Below, piece after piece: positions 62,800-64,000 of a DNA stretch of 64,000 bases (position 1 is its first letter; every line of letters begins with the position of its first letter). This DNA is from Prorocentrum cordatum. Its lineage: Eukaryota. The position numbers and the translations under genes were made by a program. The stretch lies in NCBI GenBank assembly GCA_963575745.1, contig CAUYUJ010000026.1, positions 434,001 to 498,000 on the forward strand, in the 5' to 3' direction. The notes beneath the pieces are model-generated. The model had not been told where the DNA came from. It saw only the letters and a list, made by a program, of their open reading frames with translations, and searched no databases.

Positions 62800-62988
62800 G
62801 GAGGAGGGAGGAGGAGGAGGAGGAGGAGGAGGAGGAGGAGGAGGAGGAGGGAGGGAGGAGGAGGAGGAGGAGGAGGAGGAGGAGGAGGAGGAGGAGGAGG
62901 AGGAGGAGGAGGAGGAGGAGGAGGAGGAGGAGGAGGAGGGAGGAGGAGGAGGAGGAGGAGGAGGAGGAGGAGGAGGAGGAGGAGGAAG
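62800..62988. repeat. (GGA)n microsatellite, one of many in the window (e.g. 1410-1655, 4270-4455, 7606-7680, 9340-9645, 12670-12920)
   Basis: Directly visible in the sequence. Confidence 0.97.
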
Positions 62989-64000
62989 AGAGAGTGATCA
63001 GACCTTCGCAGCAGCGAGGCTTCGAAGAAGGCTTGGAACGCGTCTCAGACGGCCGTAGTAGGCCTTCTGAGCCGCTTGAGGAGCTTCCGCCCACTCTGCA
63101 TTTCCACCCCGGGGCGCGGCACCTTTCACCCTTCGCCTCTCCTGGCTACGCGCGCTCCTTCTCCTCCGTTCGTCTCTTGCTTTCCCTCCTTCCTCTCGTC
63201 CTTGTCTCCTCCTCTCCGCTCCCTCGCGAAGGATCAGCATTGAACTGGCCAGGATCAGTGTCAGTTCTTGGCATCCGTTGTGTACGGTGTCGTGCGAGAA
63301 GCTGTTCCTGACCCCCCTCCGGCGCCGTACGGACCGTGGGCGCCCCCTGTGCGGCCCCGCCCCCCATCCTCAGGTCGAGCTTGTCGCGCCCTTCGCCGCC
63401 AGCGCGGCATGCGGCATGAGCTTCGACGCGTCGGGGTCAACTGACCCACTAGGCAACGCCACGTGCCGCGGCTTGGCGGGAGGAGGTGAGAATGAGGATG
63501 TTTGGATCGGACCTGGCAGTGCAAGGCAGGAGCATACCAGACCGGCGCGGATCAGTACCCCGCGCTAGCCCCCAGCCAATCTGGTGAGGCCTTTGCAGCC
63601 CGCGGCGCGTTCTGATCGAGGCCACCCCTCCTCGTGGGAGCTCCTTCTGCGAAGTCTCTGGAGGCTAAAGCAGGCGAGAGGCCTTCGTAGCCAGGGCCCA
63701 CAAGGTTATCGGCATGCGTTCGCGAAGCAGCCGGGCTTCGGTGATCGCCTGGCTGCTGCATATACGCAGTCCGGCTATGGCACCTGCCCGGCCAGAGCAC
63801 CTGGCGTCGATGTTGGCTTTTCAGTGCACTTGACCCTTGTGGTAGGGTGTACAAACAGGCTACTGTTTACCTCTAACGTCTTCGGCTGCTCAATGGATAA
63901 GACAGTTGTCTGAAGTCATGGAGCCAGCATCGCAAAGCGGATTTCGTTCGGAAAAGAGTAGACGCGGCCCGAATTGTCCTGGAGAGTTTCGTTCCGGATT

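Noticed and set aside
63261..63854. LINE RT C-terminal remnant on the minus strand (SAPVW..., RCLVGQLTPT)
   Set aside because: Only a faint resemblance, with no RT core motif inside the window.

Overview
GC-rich, repeat-dense eukaryotic genomic DNA that is almost certainly dinoflagellate (Prorocentrum-like by inference). Evidence: a 15-nt DinoSL spliced-leader relic at 15108-15122 (-) and introns with GC/GA/GT donors. The main feature is a full-length but partly decayed tyrosine-recombinase (DIRS-order, split-direct-repeat) retrotransposon at 51943-60158. Its layout is A1 - small CxxC ORF - gag - RT - RNase H(N) - DNMT3-like C5 cytosine methyltransferase - DUF4326-like domain - RNase H(C) - intact tyrosine recombinase - B1 A2 B2. 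The window also holds a hand-assembled 10-exon ubiquitin-like + HEAT-repeat gene (37521-49685), a 5'-truncated LINE RT fragment, an SL-headed intronless ORF (probable retrocopy), many MITE families with 4-, 5- and 8-bp target-site duplications (some filling whole introns), and several satellites. Most ORFs in the supplied track are artefacts of microsatellites and high GC. All domain calls come from motif recognition by eye, with no database searches.
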